The notes beneath the pieces were generated by a model, which worked only from the letters and a program-made list of their open reading frames with translations, was not told the DNA's origin and made no database searches. The position numbers and the translations under genes are program-made. 64,000 nt of DNA from Camelus dromedarius (taxonomy: Eukaryota): positions 79,672,001 through 79,736,000 of the forward strand of contig NC_087437.1 in the NCBI RefSeq assembly GCF_036321535.1, read 5' to 3'. Below, in pieces: positions 1 to 13,905 of the stretch (positions are counted from its first letter, which is position 1; every line of letters starts with the position of its first letter).

Positions 1-789
1 AATAGAAAACTTACGTGACTCACTGATCAACTGTAGTGATACTTCTGATGTTCATTCTCAATCTCAGCCACTGTAAGTATTTAGCAATTAGTTATTAAAT
101 AAAGTAATTAAGAAGTAGAGTCTTTTTTTTTTTATAAAAAAGTTTCTTCCTACAGTTGTTTACAGGCCATATGCAAAACACCTGTACCTGTCTCTATATC
201 TGTTGGACACCATTCCAACTTCAATCTGATATTAATATTTTCCCTTAGCCCATTTGGCAAGGAGTAATAATATTTTATCTGACTTAGACTTCACTGGTAG
301 AATTTCTGAAATCCTGGCTGTGCCCTATCCCTACTAGGCACACATTCTCTGGGTTTCAACTCACACATACACTCAAATACTGTCAAGCTCTCCCACTTTT
401 GAAAGTCTGCCAGTTCTTCTATTTCTACGCCCTATTCTTGCAGGTCGCTCTGGTAATGACTGCAGCCGTTGTTATGAGCCATTTTACAACAATGTGATCT
501 GATGAGAATGTCATAGAAGGAAAGGTTGAGTTGACACCCGACTTCAGTTGTGTCACACTCTAGTATAATTAGAGAGAAGTGATGCTTGTGTTCTTATTGC
601 CTTATAGAAATTGTAGCCTTGGGAATTATTCAAAAAATTCTAACCATTTCTCAGAGAAAGAGGGAAACATGAGCAAAACACCTATGCTGGAACTCCTATA
701 CGTTTCTGGTAAGAATGTAAAGTAGCTTGACTTTGGATAACTGGTTAGTAGTTTCTCGCCCTACGACCAGTAACCCCACTCCTAGATAC

Positions 790-1287
790 TTGGCCAAGAA
801 AAGAGGAGGGGAGAATGTGTCCACAAAAATATTTGTAAAAGATACTAACAGAGGCCTTATTTTTTATAGTCCAAACCTGGAATCAGCTCAAATTTCCATT
901 AAAGGAGACTAGATAAACACATTTTGAAATCTTCAGACGATACTACTCAGAAATAAAAAGGAATGAATTGCAGGTATAGAAAACTACATGAATAAATCTC
1001 AAAACATTCTGTTAAGAACCAAGACAAGAAAAAGTACAAAATGTAAGATTCCATCTATATGAAATTTATGAAAAAGCAAAACTCATCTATAATGATATGA
1101 ATCTAAACAATGAGTTGCTTTTGAAGATTCAGAACTGACTGAAACTATGCACAGGCATGCTTTCTGCAGTGACAGAATGTTCTACATGTTTGGGTGGTGA
1201 TTATACTGTATAAATGTTAAAATTCTTATTGAACTGAATACTGATGATTTATCTATTTTATTGCATATAAATCATACCTCAGTAAAT
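790..1287 (+). mobile_element. Old L1 (L1ME-like) 3' end fragment
   Basis: L1M 3'UTR motifs (ccaaacctggaa..., gattccatctatatgaaa, gaaatgttctacat-like), ending in ctcagtaaa. Confidence 0.7.
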
Positions 1288-2048
1288 ACACAAACACACA
1301 ACTACTCTGCTGTAATTCAAATTAAACCCTCTCTAGTCTCACATACCAAAGACCAACATGAATTGCTTTTAGACCAAACTTTTCCATTTCAAATCATTCT
1401 TCTTTGGATTTAATCTCAACGTGCACTCAACAATGTTTTTCTTTAATACACTATACTAGTTTTTATAAATTAATAACGGATACCCACAACTCACATGAAA
1501 ATCTGGTTATACATAAGCACTGCCATCCATCTGATACGTATCTATTTAGCATAGTCAACAGGCATTGATTCTCTATTTTTAAGAAATACTTCACAGATAA
1601 TAAAGACATTAGTGAGAATCATTTACAAATTAACCATCAAAAAATGTCCCCTCTGCCAACAAAGAGTACAACATGTATAAATCAGACTGATTCATAGTTC
1701 ATGTTGCTGTACAGTTGGACCTCTTTCTGCACTAACTAAATTCAAGGATGATCAGGGCTAACGACTTTGTGATTATTGCTTCCCCAAGAAATATCTTTTA
1801 TTATAATCCTGTTGCACTTTATAAATACATTGTAAATAAATGTTAGATACAAGTCAGAGTTTAAGTCAAAAATAACAAAAGTCATGTCTAGAAAATTTTT
1901 CTTTAAAATAATTTCTGCAAAGATTGCCATTTAGATTCTGAAAAGAAAATATTTGTAAAATCATAATTCACTTTCTTATTTCACTGACCCAAAAAGGCAG
2001 AACAAAATTGTGAGGGTTCATTCTCTAAATCAAAATTCTTAAAGCTCC

Positions 2049-2452
2049 TGTTTTAGGTTGAACTGTATTCCCAAAAGTCAAATACTGAAGTTAGAAACTT
2101 CAGTATCTCAGTTGTGACCTTAGTTGGAAACAGAGTTTTTACAGAGATAATAGAATTAAAATGAACCAATCAAGGTAGGCCCTAATGCAATATGACTGAT
2201 GTCATTTTCAACAGGGCAAATTTCGGAGATAAACATGCATATGGGAAAAACGTCATATGAACATGAAGTCAGCCACCTATAAGCCAAGGCAAGAGGCCTG
2301 GACCAGATAGATGCTCACCTCACAGCCCTCATGGGGGAACCAACCGTGCCAGTACCTTGATTTCAATCTTCTAGCCTCCAGAACTCCGGAACAATAAACA
2401 TCCATTGCTTAAGGTATCTATTTTTTGGTAACTTGTTAATGATAGCCCTAGC
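2049..2452 (+). mobile_element. MaLR solo LTR (MLT1A/B-like)
   Basis: tgttttaggttgaactg start; gtgaccttagttggaaacagag; ccctaatgcaatatgactg; accttgatttcaatcttctagcctccagaact; agccctagc end. Confidence 0.85.
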
Positions 2453-2567
2453 TGCCATTTAACAATGTATTTCCATTATTAAATATGTATTATTTCCTTT
2501 GTAGCAGACTTGATTTGAAATTCAAATATAAGAAGCACCAATCCCTTGGTTAAAGTTCAATTCGAAG

Positions 2568-2946
2568 TATCTTTATTAGTTTGCTAGGGCTACCGTAATA
2601 AAGCAACACCGGGTAGGTGGCTTAAACAATAGAAATGGACTTCTAGCCCTTATGGCAGTGAGAAGATACAAGACCAAGGGGTCAGCAGGTTTGTTTTTTT
2701 CTTTTTCCAGAGACCCTCTCCTTAGCTTGGAGATGGTCACCTTCCTGCTGTGTCCTCACATGGCCTTTCATCTGTGTGCCTGTATCCCAAACGTCTCCTC
2801 CTGTCTTATAAAGACATCAGTTCTCTTAGATTGGGGCCCCATCCCTATGACCTCAATTTAACTTTACTTACCTTGCTAAAGGCCCTAATGCCACACGCAG
2901 TCATACTGGATGTTAGAATTTTAGGAGCACACAATTCAATCTATAA
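2568..2946 (-). mobile_element. MaLR solo LTR (MLT1B-like)
   Basis: tattagtttgctagggctaccgtaataaag...ggtggcttaaacaatagaaat...cacaattcaatctataa is the reverse-strand MLT1 pattern. Confidence 0.85.
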
Positions 2947-4779
2947 TGTCACCTGAGGCAGGTTCCACTAAGAAAGTGTTACTAATCACTGAGGATTATT
3001 TCTAAACTACCATTATAGTATAATTTATCTCTCACGTTGAGATGCATTAATTCTAGTATTGAAATGTGAAAATTAAAAGGGAAAAATATTTGAACTGTAT
3101 CTTATTTAGAATCCCTCTAAACAGAACTCAGACTCCAAAAATCCCAAGAAGCAAGTTAGCCTTAAGACTTCAAAACTAAGAAACCAAAATTACAGCAGAT
3201 TTTGTATCTCTGAAAAATTGTGCATAAAAACTATTATGGCTAGTTGTTGCTTTGGCCTCTCTAATTCTAGAATAAACATTCTTCGGTGTGTATTTAGTTG
3301 CTTTCTCCATTCTGAGTCTGTCACTCATACCCAAATATCACCAAGTCAAGGTAATTCCCCAATGTGTTTGTGCTGGACTGAAAAACTCTGGCCAAATGAA
3401 GGAGGCCTTGATGGTTTCTTAACAAAGCATAGTCCTAATACTTACTACCTATTTTCCACTATGTCCAAAAATTGTCTTCAACAGTCAAGGATAGTTGATA
3501 GAAACAAAACAAAGAGAAACTGTTGTTGTTCCTCTTCTGTTATTTAAACTTATAAAAAGCTACAGAAAAATAATTTTCCAGTATAAATACATAATACTTC
3601 AACTCAACACAAATTTTGTCTGAAATGTAAACAAATGTTGCTACGTATTAACATTAGAAAAGATAATAAAACAATAGTATCAAAAAGAATAAGAGAATCA
3701 ATGCAAAATACATTCCAGAAAAGAAAATGGTTTGCGATGTTCTGCATGGTAAAATGACTTGTTTAAAATGACAAAATCCAATGACTTATTTCAGTGCATT
3801 CAGCATACTACTCCCTTTTATGTAACCTATTCACCACTTCCGAGCTAACGTACCTTACAACACAGCCTTCAGTAACTGTTCCTAGTAAGACATGTTGTGA
3901 CGTAGAAAAGTTTATTGATAACATTTCCAAACTCACAGTAAGTTAAAAGTTATAACCCATTAATAAAATCCAGAACAAAATTGATTATTAGGGATTCATA
4001 GTAAGGAGGTGGGTCCGTTTTTATTAAAAGACTATCTGTTATTAGGAGTAAACATTGGAAATACATATGATGCTGTTCAATTTTCTATGGTTTTCCTATT
4101 CTGCAAATGTTTAGAGTGTACCAATTGTCACAAATATTCAGTAATGACTATATTCAAGGGGTAAACATGAATGTTTCTGGATTGTGATTATTCTCCAGTT
4201 TTAGTAAATCAAAGTTTCATACATCTTAAATATTCAGAGAGCAACTGGACATTTACAAATGACTGCTCTTTTCCCCTAGAAATTCAAGTGAATTGAAAGA
4301 CTGTAAACCAAAAGAAGCAATAATCTCAGAAAATCGTCTGTTCAAATAGATAAATTTCTTAAGAGACACCTTCTCTTTTACATATTGAGTCAAATTTATA
4401 TTTGAAACAAAGAAGCAAATATTTAAAAATAAATTTGATTCAATGGGAGACAGGGTATACTGCATATGTGTATATGGATACTCACAAATGAGGGTAAATT
4501 AGAGATTTTTTTTTTTTATGCTATTGATTCATGTAACAGAGTGTGGTGAAGACAAAGAGAAAGTTTTTTTTTAAGTTTTAACTTGCAAAATCATCCTGGA
4601 AATTCCAAAAAACTGGTAATAAAATCTATTACCTCTTAATGAAGTAGTGTCATAACTTCAACAGGACAGCAAGATATCTCAATTAAAGAATAATTTTTTA
4701 TTGTTTTTCACTTGACTCCCTGGTACAAATAAAAAGAGAACTTTAGGAAGAAATATACGGGTTTTGTGGAAATATAACA

Positions 4780-4985
4780 GGATGGTATAATGCAGTAATT
4801 AGAAACACCGGTCCTGGATTTAAAAAGTGAATATTCTGACTTTACCATTCGGTAGCTCTGTTTTATTGGGCAAGTTATTTAACTCTATAAATCTCAACTT
4901 CTCAAGATTGAATTGTGGTGAGAATCAAAGAAAATGTATCTTAATATAATATTTGGAATATGTTATTCTAAGTAAGTGCTGACCG
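4780..4985 (+). mobile_element. MIR SINE remnant
   Basis: MIR core-like gggcaagttatttaactcta and flanks. Confidence 0.55.
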
Positions 4986-6859
4986 TCATTTTTTTGTTTA
5001 AATTCATCAATCTTATCATATTACTCCTCACTTTGAGAAGGTCCTAAGGAGTCATGCTGTGTTTGTTCCCCTGCGGGAAGAAAGGCATTTCTTTCTATTT
5101 TCCTTTTCTATACATTTCTTTAAATACAGCTTCATTAATTTATTTTCTTAATTATGTTAAGTTGTACATCTTTACAATTAAAATAATTTCAAGAAATACT
5201 AAATGAAATTTAAACACCTTTCTCTCATTTTCTAATTTCATCCTCCTGAGATAACCAGCTATTGTTTACCCATCCAAAATCTTTTCCACAGCACACACAT
5301 ACATTCATATGTAGGAATAAATTTTTTCCTAGACATTTGTTCTATAACTTTTTATCTATTTAAAATATATATTACAGTATATTTACTGTAATTTTGAATA
5401 TTCACATAAACATGATTTCAATTGCAATGGTAATTTCCAAAAATTAGCTTACAAAATGTTTTGAGTAATTACAGAAAAACTGAAAGTAGTACTAAGCATC
5501 CTGGGAAATAATATTGAGACCAAAAACACTAGTATTGTGGATAATATTCTGACATGGTTAGTTAAAATTCAATTATGTTTCTATTTAGCCAGAAACTGTT
5601 TATAGTATTCAGTGGAGACTTGAATATTGTAGCAGGTAGGAAAGGACAGGTCTAAGAAATATCTTTGAACAGCTAGAATTTAATAACCCACCATATTCTT
5701 TCTCTTATTTACAACCAAAGTTTGTGTTAAGAATGTTGATAAATCATTATCTGTACTCACATACAAAGTCAAGTAAATAATATTCTGGCCAATCAACAAC
5801 CAAAATGATAGTTTCACATTCAATCTAATGCAGCTACCTTGCTGTTTGAAATAAATGAATAATCCAAATGCCTCCTTGACAATCTAGTTATTACAGTTTA
5901 GGAAAGAATAAAATTCTATTCCATAGTGTGAATGTATATGCTTAACATTTTAAAATGACTCTGTCTTAACGGCTCCATTATTTTAATACTGAAACCAATG
6001 CTGGTACTCAGGCCCTGAACAGCACAGAGATTACAGCACACAACTGCATTAATTTCCCGTTTCTTGTCCTGTATGAGCTTTGTTTTGAGCTATACAAAGT
6101 TTACTAGTTTGTCAGTTTCTAATTACATTTTATTAAATTGTCACTCTGGAGTTTCTCCTATAAACAGAGAATATGATATTCATGTGTTAAATGAGCATCT
6201 CTTATCTCAAAAATTCCAATACTTCCTGGAGACAGAATCAAACTAGCTTTAGTTTTCAAGTTTTTATTATAATTGGGACTAAACGCCAATAATTTTAGGT
6301 CTACATTTTATGACTTCCTCCTGCAGTTTCAGAAAGAAAATAAATTTTATGTGTATAAATTTAGAGTTACTTCTTTTAGTCAATTTCATATCCATTATTC
6401 AGTTTCTTCTAATTGAATTGCTTTAACTTTAGTAAATTGCCTTGATGACCAGATTTCATTAGCATGTGTATAAGTTCTCAGTTGCATGTCTTGGCAATTT
6501 ATCTCTATTAACAATGTCTAATTTCTAGTAGCCCAAGAGAATACAACAAGGTTTTCTTCATTTTGTTCTAGTAATCATACAGTAAGCCTCATTCTTCAGT
6601 CAATGGATTTGTGGTTGGAACTAATATAATTTGCTTCCAATCTTGAGATCCTTGAGGACAGAGACTCCCAGTCAGATGTATATTTTTCCACAGTGCCTAA
6701 TAGGGCATTGTACTTAGGCAATTAAGACACATTGAATCCTTGAATTTAAATATAGTTGATGGAAGCTTAAAGAGTATGATTTAGTGCAATATATAGCCAA
6801 GTGATTGTATGCTAACAGATTACATAACCAGGTAGATAAGGGAGCCAATGTAGAATAAG

Positions 6860-7035
6860 ACACACCTGAGAGTGTCTCACATCTCTGAGCCTTCATATTT
6901 CATTTTCTTCCTCTACAAAATGGGAATGACAAAAATAGTAGAAACTACTGTATAAAAAATTGTGAAGATTAAAGACAATAATATATATAAAGCAATTAGA
7001 TGCTGTCTGGCATATAATATGCACTAAGTATAATG
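6860..7035 (+). mobile_element. MIR SINE remnant
   Basis: ctctgagcctt...ctctacaaaatgggaatgac...gtgaagattaaa...tataaagca...ctggcata. Confidence 0.7.
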
Positions 7036-7069
7036 GCTCTAGGACTTTTCCTTGGGCACAGAGAAAGTA

Positions 7070-7290
7070 ATGTTTTTTGAATTCCTATTACACATATCAA
7101 GTACTATGTGTAATATGCTAAGTGTTTTTCTTAGGATACTCATTTTCTTCTTGATTAAATAATCGAGTCTCCATGTTCTAAACAGAAATTGAGATTCAAC
7201 AGTGTTTTAGTTATTTACCAATATGTGGTTAGTAACAGAGTTCAAGTCCAGATCTTCTGAGAAGAGAGACCTTGCTCTTTCCTTGATACC
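7070..7290 (-). mobile_element. MIR SINE remnant
   Basis: Reverse MIR pattern: gaaattgagattcaacagtg...gagttcaagtccagatcttctga. Confidence 0.55.
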
Positions 7291-8854
7291 CTGAATCTGA
7301 ACACTGTGACATCTAAGGGCATAAAGGCATAAGGAAAAAGAGAAACAGGCTGCTACACACAGGTAATTAGCTACTGTTGACAAATTCATGGTGGATTTTC
7401 TGGAAAGTTGTTACTATTAAACAGTGTTAATTGGAGGTAAGTGGAAAAGAAAGCTTAACATTTTCAGATAGTAGTTTAAGTGTCAAAAATACACACTTAA
7501 TACACACTAGACTGAACTCTCAAAGCCTATTAACCATTGCTACCATTATCTAATAAACAGGGAATTGAAATGTAATTACTTATTCACCAATTCTGAATAG
7601 AAGGGTAATGGTTATAAACAGGTGAAGTCAGATATTCCAGGACAGCCCCTTTGTACTTTCCTTCCTTTCCCACTGCTACTCAGGAAAATGACAAACCCTG
7701 CTGGCTTAGGTCACAGACAGAAAGGCACTGCCAACAAATAATGGTAAGAACTCAGAAAATATTACATTTTATGGAAAAGCTGAATGAAACAGTGAAAGCT
7801 CTCTGGTTGACGATAATAGACAGGATATTCTCAGCATCTAATTCAGTCTCTAATCTAGTATAAACCAAAAATTTCAGCTATTTATGAAAATGACTTGCAG
7901 CAATTTTAATTTTAAGGCTTTTAAAATGCAGAGACCCCCTAATGAGAATCCTTTTCTAGTTCAGACTTTTCAATGCTGGCATTTCATTTAATGTGGTGCC
8001 TAGGTTTTTATATTTCCTTTTCAAGTTCCTGACATGTTAGAGCTTTACTGTGGATTAATGAAGAAAAACAGCTCAAAAATACCTTTTGGTAACATTCTCA
8101 CACTTACTATCAGAATCTTTCCTACATGAATTCACCATAACACAAAAACACAACAGTAAAAGGAAAGTTTACGTTGATATTAAGCTTGATTATTTCTTTG
8201 CTAGTTTTTCTTCACAAAGAAAAATGATCCCATGTCTACTTACAGGGTTCGATTTCTTTAGCATGACCAAAAATACTTGCAAAGTATTAAATGAATACCG
8301 AGAAAGGTCTAGATCAGAAACAGCCATCCCAGAGGTTGCTTTTTTGAACATACTCAGTGACCCAATACATCCCAGACTCCAATTTTCATAACATTCTCTA
8401 GATTCCACGGATGCCCGGCCTCTGCTCATCTTTCCCTGTGCATATGACATCCCCAAACCCCAGTCAGAATCAGGTTTCCTCCATGTTATTGCTTATCTGG
8501 GGAGAAGAACATTTCCTAAAGTCCACTGGGATCAAAACAAGTTTATGATCTGATCAAGATTCATGCCTGGATATAAGAAAGACTTGCGTTGAGCATCTCT
8601 GTCTTGTACAGAATGACTAGGGCTTCAAGCAGGTTTTCAGTAAAATAAAAGTTATAGATTGTGAAACAGATTATAATCTAAGTACATATTTACATTTTTA
8701 AATTTTTCTGTTATTTTTAGTAGTCCTGTGGGAGGTATGTGTGAGTTGGTGTATGCGTAAGTCACATATATATTTTTTAAATGGTAAAAAAGGGACCACA
8801 ACATCATCATTTTTATTCACTTTTATCAGAAGTGCATTTAAAGGAAAGCTAGAT

Positions 8855-9046
8855 AGCATTGCTAGGTAATATACAAGATGCCCAAACAAATTTGAATTTC
8901 AGATAAACAACGAGTATTTTTTTGTGTAAATATGTCCCAAATGTCATGGAACATATACTTGTACTAAAATCTTATTTATTTTTTACCTACAATTCAACTG
9001 GTATTCTTGTATTTTTTGTTATTGTTTGTTAAATCTGGCAACCCTA
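8855..9046. mobile_element. MER53 palindromic non-autonomous hAT element
   Basis: atacaagatgccc...aaatttgaatttcagataaacaacg...tatgtccca...aaatctggcaacccta match the MER53 consensus as I recall it. Confidence 0.85.
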
Positions 9047-9219
9047 ATACAGGTACCAACTCCCTAGAAAACAATTGACCAGAATTCAATTACTCTATTT
9101 AGAGCTACCTAAGGATATAATATCAGAAATGCAGACAAAAGGTGTATTTGTACAAGAGATCTCATTACATGCACTGAATTTCACATATTTTCTAGCCATG
9201 AGGATAAGGCAGAGAAAAA

Positions 9220-10730
9220 CACAGTAAGACCCTTGCTGATACATTGTCTACATTCTCATACATAAAATAACAGTAAATGAATAAATGAGGAAGTATCATT
9301 TCCATGATGAAAATAAAGGCAGATAATGTGATAGAGAGACTGAGAAGATGCTTTGTATTAGGTATATAAGGAAAGTCTTAGTGGAGAAGTGACATTAGGT
9401 TGAGAAATAAATAAAAATTAGGAGCCAGCAATAGAAAAGGAGGAGAGATGTCAAATGTAGGCAACAAACATAAAACTTGGCATATTAAAGTAACAGCAAG
9501 AATAAAAGTGACAGTAAAGCCAGAAATGGTAAATGCAAGGAGAGTTGTATCAACCAAGTCAGAGGGCTATGCAGGAGCTGGTTAATTTGGGATCCAAGCT
9601 CAGAGTACTCAATTGGGATCCTGTAGTAAATGCAAACAGGAAACAATAGGGGTTAAGTACAAAAGTGAAAAAATGTAATTAGTGTTTTATAAGGATAATT
9701 CTTATAAATGAATTATAAGCAGCCAAGGGGCAAACTAGATAACCAACGAGAAGGATTGTAGACAGACTAAGGTGGTTGTAGGGACAAAAGAACTGCCCAT
9801 AATGGAAACACGATGAATTCCAATAACCAGATTTCCTGGCAGATTGGCCCTGGAGATTAAGAGAGGAGTCAGTGGTACCTGGTATGTTTTCTGGTTTAAT
9901 CAACTGGTAGACGGTGGTAACATTATTGAGGACTGACAGCCTAATTTAGGCTATGTTAAATATCTTCTAAACATCTGAAAGTTAAGTGGAGAAGTAAAAT
10001 AGCAGCTGGCTATGAGTTTGGAGTTCAGATGAGAGATCAAGGCTGAAGTGTTAATTAGCATTTAGGTATTTTAAGGCATGGCAGTGGAAAAGATTTTCTA
10101 GAAGCAGTTATAAATAGAGAAGGAAATGGTAACAAATTTGAGTCCTAAAACAGAACTAGAAAAGCAGCTAGCAAGGGAGATGGAGGAGGGGCAATCAGGA
10201 GAGAAAATCCAATAGAGGATAATATACAAGACACCAAGAATACTTATTTTCAGAAAATGGGGTTGGTCCAACTGGGCAGAATGAGCCTAGTATTGAGGTA
10301 ATCTGAGAAATGAGATGGGGTCATTTAATATTTGGCAATAGAGTGGTCACTAGTGTTCGGGTAAGAGCAGATTCAGTGGGTTAGTTCAGAGCAGAAGTCT
10401 GCCTGAACTGGATGAAGGAGAAAACGCAGGTAAGAAAGTTCACAGAGCTACTGACAGACAACTCATTCGAGAAGCTATGCTATAAAAGGGAGGAAAAATG
10501 TGGTTATATTTCAGAAGAACCAAGAGTGTTTTAATAGATGAAAGAACCTAAAAAATGTTTTATGTTGATGAAGATAATACAATAGATGGGGAGGAACTGA
10601 TGGTGCAAAAGAGAAATTTCAAGATTAACAACCTTCAAAGATGAGTTAGGATGGGACCTGGAGCACAGGTGGAAGGGCTTCCTTAATTGTGGCAACAATC
10701 AGGTGACAGCAAGGGGGGAGGAGAGTGTAT
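9220..10730 (-). mobile_element. L2 LINE remnant
   Basis: Purine-rich antisense L2 motifs (ggagaagtgacatt, ggagccagc, ggagttcagatgagagatcaaggctgaag). Confidence 0.75.
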
Positions 10731-13729
10731 GGAAAGTTTGACATAATAAAAAAAGATTTAATAATTTGAAATATGGATTCAACTTTAAAAACCCAAGAAC
10801 TGAGAAATGAACCATATCAAGTAATGTAATGCAGCCATTAAATATCAATGTTTTAATGAGATACAGAAAAACCTCACACTAATTTTAAAAAGATTGATGC
10901 TGTATGTATATGGGATGATATGAAGTATGTAAGAAACATAAGGATACAAACACCTATGCTAAAATTCTATTTGTGGTTTAATATGAGTTTTGTTATGAAT
11001 ATGGATTATTTCACATTTTACGTTTATATAAATCAGGGAAATAATTTTAAAAGCTATTTCCTAACAACAGATTAATACAACATTAAAAGGAATTCCCTAT
11101 CCCACCTTACAAATCCTGGCATATAACTAAACTAATTCTAATCTTAATGCTAGTTTCTTTTTAGAAATTCAAATGGAAGACTAAGTAGTAAATTATGCAA
11201 AATCAAGGACCACTTTTAGAAATAATTCCTGTGTCCTAAAGAAAAACTCCACAGAAGCAAAACAACTTATATCCAGCATTTTAGAATGATCCATTAGTCG
11301 TGATATATACATAACAGGAAGAGGTGTAAGAATTCATAAGTGGTGTACAAACAAGGACTGGAAGAGGACACTAAGAACAAAAAGTGATATCCAAGAATCA
11401 CTTTAATCTCCACAACCTTAAACTATAGAAGAGATCCTGGGGGCAGGCTACTTAACTTGCTTCCCTATTCAGTTCTCTGCTGTGTCTATTATTTTTATAT
11501 CCCACAACCTCTCATTCCTATAGCTTTTCGTTCAGCGAAGAGAAATCTTCAGGGTTTAGTGCTGTTTTCTAAAAAGTAGAGGTCTCCTCAGTGAACATGT
11601 TATTAAGTATGTGTTATTAAAACATCTAGCTTTCAATTACGGTTAGAGGTTGCCTTTCTTTTGAGGATGTAAGTCTGCTAGAATCTAATCATTTTAATAT
11701 ATGATGTACATTTGGTAAAGCCTTTTGAGTACGTGTTTTGCTATTGTTTTATACAGGTAAAGATCTGCCAGTGAGAAGGTAATACGCTACAGAGGATTTT
11801 CTTAGTTGTTCATCTTATTAAATAGATATTACCCTGAAGGATGGAAACTATGTCCTATTCATGCTCGCATTCCCAGAATGTGGTATGGGGCCCAAAATTT
11901 GTGAAGTGTCCAATATATTTGTTGGAAAAAAAAAAGAATACATTAAAAAAAAAAAAAGGAAGGAGGGAGAGGAGTATATAGAGTATATACCCTCCAGAAA
12001 CCTCATGGTCTCAAAAGGTGCTAAATATATACTTTTTTAAACAGTGCTTCTTTCCATGGCTTCTGAAGAAATTATTCTCCAAAACAGAGTTGGGATTTCA
12101 TGGATCAGTCATCCTCTACTGGTTGTGTTTTGGGGGATTTGAGAGGCTATCAGTCTTTAAGGCTATTTGTTGATCTGGAACGTTTCATCAAGAACATGTT
12201 GTTTTAAAAATTAGAAATGAAAAAATAAAACCTCTGTGGTATCCTAAGGGAGATTTCTAATCGATTGGGCATGCCTGAATGCATGCTTAAGTCTTTGTAG
12301 GAGTATTAAAACAATGACTCATCTTGTAGGAACAGAGCAGACAGCATTGGTTGTGAATATAAAACAAACAGCCACTTGTACATATTATGAATATATCCAA
12401 AGCAGCAACGGGGCCATACTCTAAAGTGACTTATAGTGACAGCATTCATGTTGTAGAATTACTCAGATCAAAATAGAGGGGAAAATATTTAATCCAGAAT
12501 TTGGGCACTTCCCTAATTTTTGATCTATCCCTCATACGTGGTGCTGTAATTGGCAGTCATACAAAATGAAAAGTAGGTGAACTGGACAATGAGGGCTGAG
12601 AAGGGAGTGCTATTCTGGACCATGAATATATGTTTACATGGAAAATTAATAAACTGCTTGAACATTCTGAGGTATTTCAAAAAACATGCTCTGGGTGTCC
12701 TACCATAGTTAAGAAAACTGAGGAGTAATAAGAATCATTTTTTCCCTTTGCCTGGAGACATACATACACACAAACACATATATTTATGTATATAAATGTC
12801 TTTATTCTATTTGCACCTATATCCAGATCCCTTAGGAAAGTCTATTCTAAACAAAATAGACCTTCCAAGCCTTTTAAAAAAAAAACAAAGACACATAAAT
12901 TAAACACACTGAAAATAGTATTTATAACTTGTAACTAGGTGTAATTGAATACAAAATAACTATATTATTTGCTATACAATTCTTCCCAGAGTACCATGTT
13001 TTACACAAGCCATGTTTTCCTAACTAAAAAAATGTATTTTTTCATGAGTATGTTTCACTAATTTTATATACATTTATTGAGAGCTTGTCCCAACCATAAC
13101 CTGTGCAAGGCACCAGAGACGCATAGCCCTTTGCTCGTGAGGAGCCTAGTTCAGTATGTTGGAGCAGATAGCTATTAATCACATTACTGGAAATGGATGT
13201 AAACCTGTAGCCCTTGTATCCTATTGTTGGTCTTCTTAAAAAGAGTGACTATATTTCTCATTATACTGAGAATAAAATTGTACACCATTACTCCCAGTTT
13301 TGAAATTTTAGTCAATTGAAAATAATCAGTGTATATATATATTTAATATAATACTGATAATATTAAGGAAGAAACAATGATAGTGGTATTTAGGGGGCTT
13401 TGCTTCAGTTGGACAAAGTTGAATATAAAAAGGCAATAGATACGACATTATTCATTGGACTATTTTTCCCAAGAAATTTATCTAGATATGACTTTTTATT
13501 TCCCTAAACATTAGCTTAAAAAAAGGAAACATGTACCTGTCCCCTCTTAATCAGATATTTGCATAGTAAAACGCCTATGGTATTAATTGAAGAGTATGCT
13601 CTGATGGAAGCTGCTGGTGCTGTTTGAAAAGTACAGTGGAAGAGATGATAAATAAGACAGCTGATAAACATAGGGAGTTCTAAGCCTGCCCACAGTCCTG
13701 CAAATACAGAATGAAGGATCTGCCATCAG

Positions 13730-13905
13730 ATTGCCTAAATCAAAAATCCTAGCCCCCCGGTTCTTAACAACTCCATGAATTTGGGCAGGTCTCTTCTCTC
13801 TTATCTTCCTTTTCTCATCTGCAAGTTGTTCTGAGACTACATAAAATAATGCATGTAGCAGATTAGCACAGGACACAGTCAACTCTCAGTACATGCTGTC
13901 TATTT
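13730..13905 (+). mobile_element. MIR SINE remnant
   Basis: ttgggcaggtctctt...ttttctcatctgcaa...taatgcatgtagcagattagcacagg. Confidence 0.65.

Noticed and set aside
8086..8456. Overlapping 101 aa and 88 aa ORFs
   Set aside because: No recognisable homology and no convincing splice-site pair
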